This document shows, in pieces, positions 22,787 through 35,400 of a stretch of DNA of 64,000 nt (positions are counted from its first letter, which is position 1; each line of letters starts with the position of its first letter). The notes under the pieces were generated by a model. It saw only the letters and a list, made by a program, of their open reading frames with translations. It ran no database searches and had not been told where the DNA came from. Source of the DNA: Balanoglossus misakiensis (Eukaryota; Animalia; Hemichordata); NCBI GenBank assembly GCA_040954595.2, contig CM082596.2:1703854-1767853 (forward strand), in the 5' to 3' direction. Position numbers and translations under genes: made by a program.

Positions 22787-25700
22787 GAATCCACATTTTC
22801 TTCAGTGTAGTGTGAAGAAATGTCACTTCGTGCACGACAAACGTCACGATTTCACACACTCCGTTTTGATGATAATGATATTGCTATTAGTTCATGTCTT
22901 CAGGTCGATCGGAGAGAGCTAGTTTAACCCTGGCTCTTGCCCACACTGAAGACATTTATTGACTGACAATTTAATACAATCCAGAATTATATCTGTGAAT
23001 TTGTGTATTTCATTTGATTGGCAAATGAACTCTGAGTTTACCGGTGTATGCGCGACCGGTAACCTGGAGGTACAAGTTGAACTTGAAGCGTCCCCGTTTC
23101 GTCGTCTGATACGTTGAAAGTTTGTAAATATATAAGTAAAAGCCATTCCTGCTAGTGTATTCAGGGTGTCCCAAACGTAATTATCACGTCAAGTTCACCT
23201 ATTGTCTCAACAACAATGACCATATTTGTAAATAACGGGCGCCGGTTTTCACACTTGTCTTGGCGATCGATGAGTCAAAACATGGGCCCCATTCTCGAGT
23301 CAGGTGGTCCCGCACAGCCCATCAACTTTTTTGAACTACTAGATCGTTTCATTTGAATAAACATTTTGATTCTGACCTGTTTAGCATGTCTGAACTTTCC
23401 CCATATCTTATGTAACCTCCTTTGAGATGTTTATACCCTGAATGGCCGGTTCCTGTTTACAATAGGACTAGCCAATCAGAAAGCTGGTGTACAGTTGTGC
23501 ATGCACCAATAAGAAGTTTAGATTTACAACATCATTTGCAAAGTTGTCTCTGAATGGTCAGTTCTGTAGGGGACCAATCAGATCAGACCAACTGAAATGG
23601 ACATGATTGAAAATTCAGCTACAAACACTGTACATCTTTTCAATTGGTCAACTCAAATTGTGACAATGTTTCAAGTTTGGACCTCAATTCTGTTTCATAA
23701 CAATGTTGGCTGTATATACACATTTGGCCTGTGTTGATAAGCAAAATACTATCTATTGCATTGTGCTTGAGGGAGTTTAACAAGAAAGTGTAGCTGATAT
23801 CTGATAAAATATTCAAAAGTTACAATATATTGGCCAAACTAAAGGAATTCTGATAAATCTATTTTTACATATTGTGGATGAGTCTCATGATGACAATGAA
23901 TAATTCATTAATTTTATGCAAATGTTGCTACTGTGCAGTATCTTATTTTCAAAGGAATAAATTTCCTCATTTTGTCAGAATTTCAGAAGTGTCAATCCAC
24001 TGAATTTCAGTGAATGTTTAAATGGCTAATTTTTTCATTTGATGAAATTATCAAGATTTCTCTCCATGTAATTTTGCAGTCAAGGAGTGATCAGGAAAAA
24101 TTGTGAAAAAAATTCTTCTCCTGTCTGTTTCAAATGAGGTAGATTGCAACGTTAATTTTAGGGCATTGATGTACAGTACAGAAGAGAAAAACCTCTCTGC
24201 TGGATTTTTTTTGAACTTGACCGTACTATTATCAGTCTTGGTTCATGACTGCCCTTAGCAACATTACTTGTATTCTTGTGTTAGCCTTGACATTGTTAAA
24301 CAGGGAGAAGCCAGGATATATACAAGTGGCTCATTTATAGTAACTCCATTAGCAGATGTATTGGGCATCTCGTAATTAGCTTTTACGTTAATAAATTATA
24401 TTTGGGAAGTAGGCATTAAAAATGTGAGGCCCAGTTCCCAGGTGTTGCAATAAATGCATATAACGTTTGAAAGGAAGTTATAATACAGAGTATCAGGGCA
24501 AAGACTTTTTTTCTGCGAAGGAGAACTTCAATTTGATAATGTATATTGGCTCGTTCAATCCAAGCCTTTATTACGCCATTCATCGAGGTACATGTAAATT
24601 AGGCCGGCCTTTTCTCGCTGGAAAACATGAACATTGCCTCAGGCCTGCATACACAAGGGAATTGATGTGAATGCAAATTGATGCAGGCTTGCCCGCTTGC
24701 TGGATTGTCATGGGAAATGCAGCGACTTGTCATAGAGGAATGTGTTTGTTTTCTGGCTAATATATATTACCTAGTCTGATATATGATGAAAAACATGAGA
24801 GGAATTTCAGGTGTCCCTTTGGCAGTGTCATCTCACGGGTCTTTGACAGTATAATAATAATCATCACACTTCAGGGGTTAAGACGTCTGGCACTGCTTTG
24901 ATACTTTGTTCTCGGTCAGTGTCACCTGTAAATATAATAATTAATCTTAAAGGCCCTGGTTGGGGTTTTGTGAAGCAAGGTTGTACAGTGGAAGTGTCTG
25001 ACTTAAACTGATTAAACCAATGTCACCAACTTCCAATGTACAATAAAAATCAACATTTCATCTTCAAAAGTTGAAATATATAGAATTAGATCAAGGCAAC
25101 TTATATTTAACCCTGCTATGGAGCTTGATACTATGATAGAGCAGAATTGATAATCATCACTTTTGATATCTCTAAGTATAATTACAGAAATGATTACTTG
25201 TATGACTCAAAAAACCTCATTTAAAATAATGTCAAAAGATTGACTCTGATGGTGGTGATCAGTGATGAGAAATTTGAGGAAATTTATAGACTCCGATGCA
25301 CGATCATGCACGATTGCTGAATATTTAACTTCTGACCTTGCTCATCTATAATGGAAAGTATGCAAGTCAGTCGCTGGCCTGATTATCACAGGAGAGATTG
25401 ATAGATCAGGCTACAGTGATGCTCATCAGCTCTAGGGAGTAGAAACTGTGTCATATCAGAATGTCTGTGTTAACTTATATTGATGATTCGCAGTGCTGGG
25501 ACCCGATAGATATAAGCTACATTAAACTTTATGGGAATTGGAGAGGTAGATGTGCAAGGCTTGGTGTGGAAAACACAATCTATGACTCCTAATTGACAAT
25601 ATGAGAGCAGTGCTCAGGTTTTATACATATGTCATACATGTTTCATGTAAAATGGCATGTATAACATCATGTGAAGAAAAAGTTGCACAGCCGGGATTTT

Positions 25701-27822
25701 TGTCTTGTTCAGTGAATGCAATAATCATCAACTATATAGAAATACTGTCCTTTGAAAGTATATGGTGGACATGCCCAAAATTTGCCTTTTAACAATTGAC
25801 CTGAATTAGATCTACTATGTATACATGGGAAATAATGGGAAAAGCCTGTGTCACATAGTCTCTCATTGGGAATGCAGCCATGCATGGATTCTGCATCTTT
25901 GCCATTCAAGTTCTGTTCATTCTATATTCCGGTATCGTCTCCAGCTGGAGAGGACAAGGTCACATGCATCTTGATAAATAATGTATAAACTGACACAAGT
26001 AGAAAACAAATTGCGACAGAGATGAAGAAAAAAATCCTGGAAGACGGCGTGTTGATGTTCTTTTTATGTGTGTTTAACACATTAGTGCCGCTGAACACCT
26101 GTGAATACGAAAGTGACATCTCCTGCCCTGGATTATAAAGAGATTGCTTTTGAAATGAATTGTAACAGACATTTCGGTTGATTGGTAATGGATTTACAGG
26201 GCGAGAGTGATAATTTTCGCGTGGAACAGAAGAGAACAAAGAGCATGCCGCTGATACTTGTGTATCTGGTACTTAAATCCAATGTCTGTGGTTCTCAAGA
26301 TGTCTGCAGAAAATAACTGCCACCAATTTCTCTCTCATAGAAGTGAACATTGAAAAAGTTTATCTCTGATCTTTGAAAATAGACATTCAGCACCATAAAA
26401 GTATGATTTTGATTGCTGTACATTTTTGCTTTGTCAAAAAAGGATCATTCCCAGTTAAGTAGAACAATTTTCAAACAGTACCATGTGTAGTCTTTTGGGA
26501 AAATACAAAATTTGTGTTTATGTGATCATTTCCTAGGTGCTTGTACCTGGATTTTTTGACCTCAGCTGTTTACATCGTCTAGTATTGCCACTTGATTGAT
26601 GACTTGCTGTGAACTGTGTATGGATAGTCTGGAAAATGATTGTGTTCATGCCATGATGATGTATAAGAGACTTTAATGAGAGAGAAGAGGGGGAGGAGGG
26701 AATGGGAGGGGGGAGAGAGACGAGGGAGGGGAGCAGAATAGGAAGGTAACAACTGCATGTACATCTCCTAAAAGTTGACTGTCACTGCATGTACTGTTGT
26801 TGCATTTTATCAACTCGGGGACAAACATAAAGTTTTGAGACAGGAAAACATGGACAGAATTGCTCTCTTTTGGCTACTTGTTCACTCTTATTGCTATGGC
26901 GATGAGATGCTAGCATCGGAGATGTCTTTTAAAGAGCTACTTTATTTATACGGTGCTTGCTAATTGACTAATACATCTAAAGCAGGCATTTTTAGTGCAC
27001 TGAACAATTGTCTGGATTACTGCCGTTAATCAAAGAGGGGACTTTTTTCATTCTAATGATTCTTTGAATCCCTTGGTGTATTTGAAGGAGCTGGATCAGA
27101 CAATTCCCTGGTGAGAATGTACAATTTTTGTTGACAGTTTACAAGACTGGTAGTATTGTGAAAACCAGAAATCTTGCTAACATAACTCTGTCCTGAATCC
27201 TCGTTACCTGTACACGTTTATTTTCTTTTCTCCCCGCACTTTTAAAAAATGAACAGTAGCAGTTGGCGTAAATGACCCCCACTCTTTATATCAGGCTGTC
27301 ACAATTTGTGTTGGCCTGGGGGCAATCTGATTCTTACAAGTATTTGGCAGGATGGAATTGGGGGACAAAAAATGAGTTTTCAGAGCGACCTTAATCCAAA
27401 CAACATAAGGCAACAATGAGATGGCAATTGGGGTTTTGGTCAGGGAGTTTGAGAATGATTCTGTTCCTAAATGAGATTAGTAACTTGATTTGCAAACTTC
27501 CCCAGGTTTGTTTGAGCCACGCAATTAGGGACAACACATGCAAGTATTCAGCTTAGTGCGTTGTTCCTGTAAAATGGCTGGATTAAGTACGACTTGAAGT
27601 CTAATTGAAATTACAGACCTTTCCACATTGCATTGGTTTCGTGAATGCTGATTATTTCAAAGGCAGCACACAAACTACATTCAAATGATCATGCCTTTTA
27701 GTCTGCACTGTGCCTAACATAAAGTGCACAGGATATGAATGATTTTAGTGCCAAACGTTCATGCTTGACCTTGGGCGTGATGTTTTGTGGATTAAAGCTG
27801 TAATGCCTTCACTTTTATTATA

Positions 27823-27875
27823 AAGAAACTTGTAAGAAACTTATAAGGAACTTGTAAGAAACTTGTAAGAAACTC
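27823..27875. repeat. 11-bp minisatellite (AAGAAACTTGT) x ~5
   Basis: Units: aagaaacttgt, aagaaacttat, aaggaacttgt, aagaaacttgt, aagaaactc. Confidence 0.85.
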
Positions 27876-30800
27876 ATGTCTGTGTTTTCTTTTCTATGTT
27901 GAGGCTGCAGAATGAGACGAGCCCAGGATTTGGCCGGTTGTTGAAAAGCACACATGGATAATTAGTTGCATCTGGCACAGATTGGAACGTCTAACATTGC
28001 ACTGGCTAGTTATGCATGCAGTCAAGTAGGTATCCGCACATTTGTAACACTTCATTTCTTTCTTTGCCTGAAATATTGCACACTGCTATTTCTCTGTGAA
28101 TGTAATGATTTAAAGGGAAAAAGTCTCTCTCTCTCTTGCTGCCCTTTTTTCTGATTAATTTAATTATGTTTGATACAAGACACTGTTTATGTTATGCTTC
28201 ATGTGGATATATAGTGAATCAACGTTCAACTACACACAACTTCTGTCCCACTTGTGGACACGAGAGTGAAAAACTCGCCCAAATGAATAATCGGTCTCTA
28301 CCGTTTATTCATTTTGATGTCCTACAAACAGGATGGACGTTGTGTGTGCTCGAACGTTGATTCACTAGAAGGTTTTACTGCATGTTTCTTTTCATACACA
28401 CAAGAGGAAGAGATGCTGGGATGTTGAGTTTTCATCTTGAACATGGAAAGCTGAAAAAGCTGAAAAATAAAGGATGTTATGCGTTGCCCACAATGCATCT
28501 TGTTACCCACAATGCATTTTGCTATTATATGTTTACATGTATTGCAATAACATGCCTTACCCACAATGCATCTTGTCATTCACAGTGCATTGTGCTGTTA
28601 TTAACATCAGTTGCATATGAACTTTAAACTGACATCACTGATATTTGCTTTTGCGTTATTCATTATCACATGTTAATGAGTTAGCAAACTGCCTGCGCTG
28701 GCACAAGGCCAACACTGGGCTGATACAGTGCTACCACTTTGTCAGCATGAGCAGCGGGGATGGACTATTAGAAAGGAATTCTTTAACTGTAGTGTACAGC
28801 TAGGCAGGTTATTAAATGCTTTATTCATGACAATTTGACAGTACAGTTTACATATTTCGAGTTTGATATTCTCTGTAAGTTTGCCTCTTGTACCTGATTC
28901 TGCAACAACTGACCTTTCAGTATGTCCCTTGCGAACTGACTTCGCAGAGATCTCCAGCTATCAATTCGAAAGCTGTTTAAAATGCATCGCTCATAAATTA
29001 TTCATATCCATACTGAGAACTTTAAATTGCTTTCTTTGACTGTAGGAAAATAATAAAAGATAAAAGATGAATGATACAGAAATTAACTATTGACAATACG
29101 AATGTTTAGTTAATGACACGAATGGGAAGAAAAAAAACATGGCTGTGTATTATGGAGATGTGACTGTTCTTCAATTTTAGGAAAAGATCTTGTTACTCAG
29201 TATTCACTCAGTTCAGCTGACTGACTATCATTTTAATAACTATAACAGTTTAAAGTACATTGTAAGCTTTCAAAGACATTCTGTGCATATATTTTATGAC
29301 AAATTTTATGATGTGTGGTGGCCTAGTTTGACCCTAAATGGATCATAAATATTCAGTCAAATAAGAAAAAAGTTCAGATTATATTTGCCAGTTTTATGAC
29401 ATTTACCCATGTGTATGTTATTCTGAACATTTTTATAACTGGGAATATTTGCTATTGAAGTACTAGACTCACTATCGTTGGATGGTGAGCGTTAGAAACC
29501 TGAGCAAAACCGATAGTCTGTTTGGTTTAGAAGCCAATATCATAATGCTGTGAAGAGAGTCTAAAACAAACAGAGCATGGCTGATGGACACAATTCACAG
29601 TCCTTTGATGATATAACAGCCTTGTACTTTTCAAATTCCCCATCGCAGGCCTGTCGTTTCAGATTATATTCCACAGCGAGAAAAACCTACTGACCACGCA
29701 TATTTGCCATGTGACAGACCGGTTTGATAGCATTGATGCAAATATGACCATGAGATGTGGGAGTGTGTGTGGTTGTTATAGCAATGTTCAGATGATGAAA
29801 ATGTCTTAAATATGTTTTGGTGCATAATTTTAACAATTACATTTACAAACCATAAGAATGCACTCAAGGGAGCTTAAACTTAAAGTATTTAATATTACCC
29901 TATGTGAGTGTCACTCTAAAAATTCTGCAAATTCCTGTCAGTAACATCTCTTATCAGTACAATGTGAAAATAGTTTCATCCTACCTGCATTTATCAGAGA
30001 ATGTGCCCATCAAAGCAACAAGACACCATGATTTATGTTTGTGTGTTCAGATATGTTGAAGATAATATTCGTAGAAATTGGTAATTTCGTTGAAAGATGG
30101 TGGACATGGTTATACGCTGTTTCACCCCTGCTTTGGCTCGTGAAGGGGTTAAAGGTAACAAAAAGTATATCACCAGCTGAACACGTCACTTAAAAACCAA
30201 GTAAACCTGTCTCGCCAAAATGCGACAGGAGTGTAGACATACGGTCATTAATATTCATTGTCAGTTTCCCAGCCTTGTTTGTTTTCCTCCAGGTGTCTGT
30301 GCTGTTTATTACCATAAACGCTATGACATCATCCTCATTCCCATATGTATGGTTAAAGGCAGCCATGTTCATTCAAATGTCTATTTCCAGATCAACACAG
30401 ATGCTAGTATGGCACAGTAGGGCTTTCTAGCTGGAGGGCTGATGACTTTGTGGTATCCTGTTCCCTAATTTGCATACCCAGCAATTTTTTAATGGAAAAT
30501 TGATCTTCCCTGGTACACTGTCAAGGCGTGTATTTTAATTCAGTGCATAATTGCTGCTTCCTTTGTCAAAGCCAAAGCCACACTCTTTGGATTATGCTGA
30601 AAACGTTTCTACTATTGATCTGTTTTTATTTTTGGTCAGCCTAGTGGCAACTCATCTAATCCATCAAATGGCATTGCAATTACAAAAGCTGAATTGGATT
30701 TCCGTTAGAGGTGAATTAGGCAACAATTAGTTTTGCATTTTCATTCAGTTTGGTTGGTTTAAAAAATTGGCACTCTGTCAAGGTATTTGGTATCATTTGA

Positions 30801-31978
30801 ATTCAAGATAATTAACAGAGAATTGTGAAATGGGTTATCATTGATAACTTCCTTGAAGGACAGTTTAATAAAATGAAGGTGAAATGACTCACTCATTAGT
30901 CTTTAAGTGATAGCATCGAGCTGATCCATATCTGTATCCTATAAGCTTTGAAATACAAAGTTACTGCAGTCCTAATTTACATAATTTGTCTTTTTTTCTG
31001 TGATTATTCAGCCAAAAACATTGGGCAATTCAACCAGAATGTGTTTGTTGGCACAGTCTGTCAATTTACTGGTACAACCAGAGTGCCTCACACTTGCAAA
31101 TAATAGAAATGTCATTTGTTGTAGCTCGTAAAACTTCATCGCTGAAAAAATAATGTGTAGGAGGTTTCTGAAAATAAGATTGTTTTGGCTGTGGCGACTG
31201 CAGTCTGCCAGCTTGCATGCTAATGTACCAGTTTGAAGTGGGAGAAATCCACGTCGAAGAGAATCCTGGGATAGTGCAGTGCTCTGAGGAATTACAATGA
31301 AACCGTGATATTACTGACTTTCTAGAATGCGACTTTCCTCGCCCACTTATGCCCTGAAAGGCAGAGGTAAAACCGTGGCTAATATAACAGCGCCGGAAAA
31401 GGCAATTTGATTTCAGTGGGAATGTTCACCGCTTGCAAGTCTTGTGTTGCAGGATGTTCCATGCTGTGGACGTTCATTTGGAAGAATGAATGAGGCACCC
31501 TCTTTCTCTATTAAAGTTGTACAGTAAATGCTTTTATTTCATTACATCAACTGCAGTGGAAATCTTGTGTTGTTGGTTTATGTGCACTCACCAAATTGTG
31601 CAATGTTCGTGTGGTTTGTGAATCAGACCTGCAGAACATTGGTTTATACATAGTACATAATCACTGTATCCACTGATTTGACCTTCCAAACACTCGTGGC
31701 GAGATCTTTATTGTAGGTGTGCACCAGGCATGTTGTCATAGTAACAACATCAGTGATGACCTCAGTCAAAATCACAAGTACATTCATCAAAAGGCTCATT
31801 AGTGTCCGAAGAAAATACAGAAAGTATTCATTACTCGGACAGCGTTTGAACAATCTCAATTTGCCACTTTATGTTACTAATAGCTAAATGACCAAGAGCT
31901 CAGTGTGTTTATCAAGCCTTTCATGTTGTAGTGATTTTCCCTGGAACTGAGGGAAAATTGTAATTATATATGTGTTAA

Positions 31979-32400
31979 TAACCCTAAAAAAAACAAAAAA
32001 AGCAGGCTGTCTCTGGTTGTATATGATTGCCGAGTTATTTTTAGAAGATAAATTGTTTGATGAACGAGAATTCATGCCACTTGGTTGACGTCATTCTTTT
32101 ATTCTCTGAAGACTTCCAAGGTGCACTTGCTTGGCATTGAATCCTGCCAGACAAGACACCTTCAAGTTTGTGTAGGTTTAGTCAAGTCTTCTCGGGGGAT
32201 TCTGACGATTGAAATGACCTTTTTTAAAATGTTCCTAGGTGAGTCGATCTGGAAGAGCATTGCCATCAAATCTGTTGCCCAGGAAACAAAATTCATCAAC
32301 AACTGTAAGATCTTTTTGTTGTTTCTCGGACGGGTTGTTTTTTTCACTAATACGGTAGTCTTCATACGTAATCAAATCTCACTTGTATACCAACCCTACT
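31979..32400 (-). mobile_element. Probable decayed piggyBac transposase C-terminal fragment with an element end
   Basis: The minus strand reads LVYK*DLITYEDYR...LPDRLT*EHFKKGHF / VRIP...KPTQT*RCLV / ...KRMTSTKW. This resembles the piggyBac C-terminal succession Y....H..FR / RL...HFP..IP / RC.VC / RK.T.Y.C. A TAACCCT end-like motif lies at 31979-31985. Confidence 0.4.
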
Positions 32401-35400
32401 TTGACGTAATTATAGTCCTCTCTCGTCTGTAGGCTATTTTAGTTGTAGCACTTCTGTCATGGTTACCAATCATGCATCGTTACGTCAAACGGTGAAAGTA
32501 TCCCTTTGGTAGCGTACGTAAATAATCCTAGATGTCCTAAAATTTTATTGCTGAATTTTTACTGTGGGTTCTTTTTGATATCAAGGTTGTTTTGTAATTT
32601 TGTAAGATTTTATTAATGTTCAGTGTTTGCCACAAATTGAGCTTCGTTAATGGTCATGGTGTTGATGTATTCATTTCATGTGTGGGATTTGCATTTTGTC
32701 AAACCCATCAATCATTAAAAATATTCACTGAGAAGTGACTTCCTGTACGCAGTAAAATCCATATATTGGCCATTTTGCAGAGTCTGCATTTCCCGATGTA
32801 AGTTAAGCATAAATCATTGATTGATGTTATTTTGGAAAATTACTATTTTTATGACAGTCTTTCAACACGTCTATCCTGTTTTGGTCATTGATTTCATTTT
32901 GAAGTTTCTGATGTCAAGAGAAGAGAACTCGAATATGTCTTTAATGTTAAAATTCCCATCCTGAAAGCAGATATAATTAACTCGTGAAGTCAAAACGAAT
33001 AAACCAGTCATCACCAAATGAAAAATTGGCAATAACTTTCTTTTTGCTATATCCAAGTTGGTGTGAAATCATATTGAAATAGTAAGAAGGAAGTTAAGTC
33101 ACCATTTTCCTTTCAAGAAATCAATAATGCTAATTGGTTTCCATTAAATTTTAATACATAGATTTATGAGATCATTTTGAATTTTTAATATTCATACATG
33201 TACATTTCAGATGTTTAATTTCCAGAATTTTTACTATGACTGTTTACATCAATTTAACTGAGAATAGTTGGAAACATATTTAATAATATGATGTAGGGAA
33301 TACATGTGACCTAGTTTGAGCATCTTGGCACGAAACCCTGAAGTAATTTGGTGATAAAACAATCGTTCGGGAGTTGCTTCTCTGCAGTTCGAATTTTGAA
33401 TGAGAAAATGGATTTAGCAGATTACTGTATTTCAGTCCCTGTGGATATTTTTGTGAACATGAGCCTTGACTGGTGAATAACCTAGGTTGAATGATCTTCA
33501 GTGTGCTTCTTTGTTTAACTTTGAAGTGTTTGTCATTAAGTTTCGTTTAATTTGATATTATCGTTGAGTTTCTGTGTAGGGGCAGGAATTAAAATCAGCA
33601 GTTTTATGGTAGTGATGACTTCTTAACTGGAGCTGTTAGGAACCTGGCCTGTATCAGAAACCCATGAAATTTAACTTCCCTAGTTGGTACAATTCATGGA
33701 AGTGGTATTGATTAAATTCTAAAAATACCCACCACAGGCAATTGCCAGAAACAAGAGCCTTGTAACGCTCTGTCAATTTATCGAGTAAATTTGCTTTGGA
33801 AAGATCGAGCTTCCACGACTACTCTAAAATTGTTACACAATCTATACAGCATGTATTTGCAAAGCTTTCTGTTCATATTGATCTCATGGAAAGTGCAATC
33901 ATGAATTCTTAAAAAGGAAAAAATGCTAGGTTGATAACATTTCCCGTTGTGCCATGGCAGTATAAGAATATTCCTGCAGAAAGTTTGAGCAGAGGTTGTT
34001 TCATAGAAACTGAAAGCTACACCTAAAGTCACTCTGATAACGGCAACGATGAGGATTTGAGAACAAAAATCAGTCCAATATTTGAGTGTTGAATCAGTTC
34101 CACAGAAGGTCACTCGCAAACTCGCATAAAAATTCTATTAAGAGGAAAATTCAAGGGAATAGGCATACTGCTTTTGCCATTCAGAGACAGACAGGACGGC
34201 GGAACTGTCTTTCATGATGTGAAACCTTTCAGGTAATGTGATCAGTAGAAATTGTACGATATTTGATCAGAATGTTCTTTGATAAAAGGAAGCTTTTGTG
34301 CGAGTATGCAGAGATCTTTGTATGTCAGAGGTGACGTCCAACCTCCTGTGTGTTGAAGCTGCTGGTTTGGAAAAGTACCATACATTATGTGGAATATGAT
34401 ATCTTTTATATTACGCACAGACTGTAAGCATAAATGTAGGGATTATTTCAGATAATCCCTGCAGAGGTGTGCTATGGTTGTGTTCTGTGTCGTGCAGTTT
34501 TGCAAGAATCCCACCTGCTCAAAATGATTTCGGTCATATTTTGGGGGGCGTGCGATCATTATTCATGGGATGGTGAGGTGATGCCTGCCAGTTTCATTAA
34601 CTTTTGGACAAAATTGACATGGTGATTTTCTGTGAGGATCATTATGATTATGAATTGTAATTACTGGTGTATATACGTATGGAATTAATTCTGCACACAT
34701 TTTATTGATGCAGCCATAAACCTTGAGAGAAGTGGAAACTTGTCTTTTCTAAGAATAAAAGATTCCTGTAGAGCATTCTGCCATGAAAGACATACTGGAT
34801 GTGACTTGCAGGCATAAGTGGCATCTTCTCCAGAGAGTGATTCAGATTTGCTCGCTGTCAAATTCTGATTTGTTCCTGGTCATACCTGAAGGCAGTGCGG
34901 GGAACAGGATTTTATGAGTCATTTTTGGACAAAAAAATATGGCAGTATTATCGTCAGGAAGGCCTTTGCTCCTCTTATCATGGGTTATGTCGTTTATTCA
35001 TCATAGCCTCTATTCAAGGGCTTTTCAAGTATACTGACTAACAAATATTGACAACCTTCAATTGAATATTTTTTGAAAGCAGGGATCATATTTTGATCTA
35101 TTTTCAAGTATTTCTATTGGTTTGGATGCTGACTCATGATTAATAAATGGACTGTCAGATTACTCTTTTGTTTTTTATGTTGAGTATCCTCCTGTGTACG
35201 TCAAAGAATTTCACTTTAATTTTTGTCTAACAAACTTGTGACAATGACAAAAATGTACTGGCAAATGTTACAGTTGCTGTAATTGGTTATGTAGCACTTA
35301 CTGTGTCCAATCAGGAGGGAGCTCTTTTGGGGACTTCAAATCAATCACTTCTCAGAAGATGAACAAATTACATCTCTGCAGACAATCAAACTGCCATAAA

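Noticed and set aside
23162-23173. CAGGGTGTCCCA resembling a Tc1/mariner terminal repeat
   Set aside because: No matching inverted partner or TA target duplication was found.
27823-27875. Short repeat arrays (here and at 28486-28590) as CRISPR-like structures
   Set aside because: There are no unique spacers of regular length and no cas genes, and the context is eukaryotic intronic DNA; these are ordinary minisatellite or duplication patterns.
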